Positions 60,902-64,000 of a stretch of DNA of 64,000 nt are shown here, one piece after another (the stretch's first letter is position 1; each line of letters starts with the position of its first letter). This DNA comes from an uncultured bacterium. GTDB taxonomy: Bacteria > Verrucomicrobiota > Verrucomicrobiia > Limisphaerales > UBA8199. The stretch covers positions 832,001 through 896,000 of the forward strand of contig CAVVMW010000021.1 of assembly GCA_963749495.1 (NCBI GenBank). The letters run 5' to 3'. The notes beneath the pieces are model-generated. The model was not told the DNA's origin. It searched no databases and worked only from the letters and a program-made list of their open reading frames with translations. The position numbers and the translations under genes were made by a program.

Positions 60902-63421
60902 TCAGCCCGCCCGCTTCGTTAAGGGCTTCGGTTTGACCTGGACTGGCGAGACCTTCCAGATGCGTTCGGCATATTCGCGGATGGCGCGGTCGGAGGAGAA
61001 GTAGCCGATGCGGGCCACGTTCAGAATGGACTTCCGGGTCCAGTCCCTTTGGTCCTGGTAGGCCAGGCTGACCTGCTGCTGGCACTCGATGTAGCGGCGG
61101 TAGTCGGCCAGGAGGATGAAGTGGTCGTGGTCCAGCAGGGCCTCGACCAGGGGCCGGAACAGGTCCGCATTACCCTGGGAAAAGAAGCCGGAGGCGATTT
61201 GGTCGAGGGCTTCTTTGAGTTCGGAGTCGGACTCGTAATAATCGCGAGGGCGATAGCCGCGCGCGCGCAACTCGACCACTTGCGCGGCCGTGAGCCCGAA
61301 GAGGAAGAAGTTGTCGTGGCCGACCTCGTCCCGGATTTCGATGTTCGCGCCGTCCAGGGTGCCAATGGTCAGGGCGCCGTTCATGGCGAATTTCATGTTG
61401 CCGGTGCCGGAGGCCTCGAGGCCGGCGGTCGAGATTTGCTCGGAGAGGTCGGCGGCGGGATAGACCCAGTGCGCCGTCTTCACGTTGAAGTTGGGGAGGA
61501 AGACCACCTTGAGCCGGCCACCCAGGGCGGCATCCTGGTTGATGACGTCGGCGACGCTGTTGATGAGCTTGATGATGAGTTTGGCGAAATAGTAGCCCGG
61601 GGCGGCTTTGCCGCCAAAAACGAAGGTGCGGGCCGGGGCAGCGAGGTCGGGCTGTTTGCGCAGCCGATTATACAGGGTGATGATGTGGAGCACATTCAAG
61701 TGCTGGCGTTTGTATTCATGGAGGCGCTTGACCTGGATGTCGAACAGGGTGTCGGGAGCGGCCTGGATGCCCGTGCGGTGGAGAATCAACTCGGCCAGGG
61801 CACTCTTGTTCCGGCGCTTGATTTGGCGCCACTCCTCCTGGAAGGCGGGGTCGTCGGCAAAGGCCTCCAGGCCGCGCAGTTGGTCGAGCTCTTTGACCCA
61901 GCCCTCGCCAATGCGGCGGGAGATGGCCTCGGCCAGGAGGGGGTTGCTCAGGAGCAGGAAACGGCGCGGGGTGACCCCGTTGGTGACATTGGTGAAGGCC
62001 TCCGGCGCGAAGTCGTGGAAATCCTTGAGGACGCCGGTCTTGAGCAGGTCGCTGTGCAACCTGGCGACGCCGTTGATGGCATGGCTGCCGACACAGGCCA
62101 AGTGCGCCATGCGGACATAGCGGGGACCGGTTTCATCGATGAGAGACAGGCGGGCGAGGCGGGCTTCGTCGCTGGGGTAGCGCTGGCGGACCTGGTCGAG
62201 GAAGCGGCGGTTGATTTCGTAAATGATTTCCAGGTGGCGCGGCAGGAGCGCGCCGAACAGGGGCACCGCCCAGCGTTCCAAGGCCTCGGGCATCAAGGTA
62301 TGGTTGGTATAGCTCAAGACCCGGCGGGTGATGCTCCAGGCCAGGTCCCAGCCCAAGAGGTGCTCATCGACCAGCAGGCGCATGAGTTCCGCCACCGCGA
62401 TGGCGGGGTGGGTGTCGTTGAGTTGGACGGCGAATTTCTCGTGGAAATGCTCGAGGGACGTGGCGCGCTGCCGGTAGAGCCGGATCATATCCTGCAGCGC
62501 GCAGGAGACGAAGAAATACTGCTGTTGGAGGCGGAGTTGCTTGCCCTGGGGCGATTCATCGTTGGGATAAAGCACCTTGGTGATGTTCTCCGAAACCACC
62601 TTGGCCAGGACCGCGCCGTAGTAATCCCCGGTGTTGAAGGCCTGGAAGTCGAAAGATTCCACCGCCTCAGCCTTCCAGAGCCGCAGGAGGTTGACCGTAT
62701 TGGTGTGGTAGCCCAGCACTGGCGTGTCGTAGGCCGTGCCGCGCACGACCCGATCCGGTATCCAGCGCACCCGGTAGTTGCCATCTTCGAGGTAGGATTC
62801 GGTGCGGCCGCCAAACTTAACGTCGAAGATGATTTCCGGCCGGGGGATTTCCCAGGGGTTGCCCAGGCGAAGCCATTTGTCCGTCAGTTCGATCTGCCAG
62901 CCCTCGCGGAGGGCCTGGGCAAAGATGCCGAACTCATAGCGCAGCCCATAGCCGAGGCTGGGAATGCCCAACGTTGCCAGGGAGTCGAGGAAGCAGGCCG
63001 CCAGGCGGCCCAGGCCGCCATTGCCCAGACCCGGCTCTTCCTCCTGGTCCAGGAGCAGTGCCAGGTCGAGCCCGACCTCGTCCATCGCAGCCCGGACTTG
63101 GGGCAAGAGGCCCAGGTTGACCAGGTTGTTGCCCAGTTGCGGCCCGAGGAGAAACTCGGCGGACAGATAGCACACCGAGCGGCTGCGCAGCTCGTAATAG
63201 GTTTTGGCCGTCGTGGCCCAGAGCTGCAGGAGACGGTCGCGCACGGCATAAGCCAGGGCCATGTATTTGTCGTTCATGGTGGCAACTTCGGGGAACCTGG
63301 CCTGGAGGTAAACCAAGTTGTCGCGCACGGCCTGCGCGATAGTGCCCGGGCTGAGGCCGGTGCGGGGATCTTCAGTCTCGCGCGGGCTGACTGGCCGAGG
63401 GGATGGTTGAGTCTTTTTCAT
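60902..63421 (-). CDS. glgP: Glycogen/starch phosphorylase
   Basis: GLGNGGLGRLAACF, QLNDTHP, KRLHEYKRQ, EASGTGNMKF. Confidence 0.97.
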   Translation of the reverse strand: MKKTQPSPRPVSPRETEDPRTGLSPGTIAQAVRDNLVYLQARFPEVATMNDKYMALAYAVRDRLLQLWATTAKTYYELRSRSVCYLSAEFLLGPQLGNNLVNLGLLPQVRAAMDEVGLDLALLLDQEEEPGLGNGGLGRLAACFLDSLATLGIPSLGYGLRYEFGIFAQALREGWQIELTDKWLRLGNPWEIPRPEIIFDVKFGGRTESYLEDGNYRVRWIPDRVVRGTAYDTPVLGYHTNTVNLLRLWKAEAVESFDFQAFNTGDYYGAVLAKVVSENITKVLYPNDESPQGKQLRLQQQYFFVSCALQDMIRLYRQRATSLEHFHEKFAVQLNDTHPAIAVAELMRLLVDEHLLGWDLAWSITRRVLSYTNHTLMPEALERWAVPLFGALLPRHLEIIYEINRRFLDQVRQRYPSDEARLARLSLIDETGPRYVRMAHLACVGSHAINGVARLHSDLLKTGVLKDFHDFAPEAFTNVTNGVTPRRFLLLSNPLLAEAISRRIGEGWVKELDQLRGLEAFADDPAFQEEWRQIKRRNKSALAELILHRTGIQAAPDTLFDIQVKRLHEYKRQHLNVLHIITLYNRLRKQPDLAAPARTFVFGGKAAPGYYFAKLIIKLINSVADVINQDAALGGRLKVVFLPNFNVKTAHWVYPAADLSEQISTAGLEASGTGNMKFAMNGALTIGTLDGANIEIRDEVGHDNFFLFGLTAAQVVELRARGYRPRDYYESDSELKEALDQIASGFFSQGNADLFRPLVEALLDHDHFILLADYRRYIECQQQVSLAYQDQRDWTRKSILNVARIGYFSSDRAIREYAERIWKVSPVQVKPKPLTKRAG

Positions 63422-63514
63422 GGATGTCAAAACGCGTGAACTTTGGCGCGATTAGGGGTGGCGGCGGTTGGGTTAACGCCGATAGGGTCCAGGGTCTTTT
63501 CGATCATGGTCGCC

Positions 63515-64000
63515 TCACTTGTTGGCCGGTGCGAGGCGCCGCAGCTCCTCGAACCAGTTCTGGACGAGGACCATTTCCGTCAAGGGCTGGGCCTTTCTTT
63601 CCTCGAGTTTCACCATCAGGAATCGCTCCCCGTCAGGCGAAATGTCCCAGCAGCGAATTGGATTACCTCCTCCGTATGCCGCTAGCTGCTCGAACAAGAG
63701 ATTCGGCTTGCCGGCAGAAAAACCGGAGCCGGTCTGGACATCAACGACCCAGACTTGAGTCAGGTTCTGACCTTCCATCGCTGCCGCCCGATAAAACAAG
63801 TGTTTCCCGTTACGCGCCCAGAGGGGCTGGTTTCCTCCCTGATTGGATATTTGCCACTTGCCCTTACCCGCGGGAACGGACTGAACATATACTTCGGGGC
63901 GCCCTGATTCGCCCGAAACATAGGCCATCCACCGTCCATCAGGCGAGAACTCCGGACACCATTCAAAGAAGCGAGAGTTCAGATAGGGCGTGGACCGGCG
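63515..64000 (-). CDS. C-terminus of a TolB/PD40 beta-propeller protein (partial)
   Basis: FSPDGRWMAYVSGESGRPEVYV, WDISPDGERFLM, LVQNWFEEL. Confidence 0.8.
   Translation of the reverse strand, partial: RRSTPYLNSRFFEWCPEFSPDGRWMAYVSGESGRPEVYVQSVPAGKGKWQISNQGGNQPLWARNGKHLFYRAAAMEGQNLTQVWVVDVQTGSGFSAGKPNLLFEQLAAYGGGNPIRCWDISPDGERFLMVKLEERKAQPLTEMVLVQNWFEELRRLAPANK

Noticed and set aside
61049..63439. Long antisense ORFs (also 4041-5870, 32245-33672, 38367-40388, 49607-51034)
   Set aside because: Shadows of GC-rich genes on the opposite strand with no recognisable motifs.

Overview
GC-rich bacterial accessory region. The gene style (prepilin/H-X9-DG proteins, ECF-kinase-WD40 modules, LamG/Ig surface proteins, diverse REP-like palindromes) suggests Verrucomicrobiota subdivision 3; this is an inference. 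An intact tRNA-fMet (55210-55286, minus) and an identical 55-bp copy of its 3' part (366-420) bracket about 54.8 kb with no recognisable integrase, consistent with a tRNA-integrated island. The cargo is carbohydrate-centred: GH28, GH36, GH2, GH31, a six-hairpin GH, SSS/RhaT/MFS transporters, and a kinase-free sugar-acid catabolic cluster (SDRs, MBL hydrolase, E1alpha-E1beta-lipoyl fusion plus lipoyl-less E2, FAH, UxaE-like epimerase, atypical transaldolase). The most interesting signals are: (1) two separate 'LamG/Ig surface protein then prepilin-H-X9-DG protein' cassettes next to glycoside hydrolases, a candidate pilus-based PUL analogue; (2) a shared C-terminal F[FY]R domain on three secreted proteins; (3) cassettes bracketed by duplicated 3' ends of protein-coding genes; (4) a twice-repeated ECF-type promoter motif inside the ECF/kinase module; (5) many internally collapsed or frameshifted genes. 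To the right of the tRNA lie an FHA-adenylate cyclase, a Ser/Thr kinase-WD40 protein and glgP. All family calls are from motif recognition only; no searches were run.
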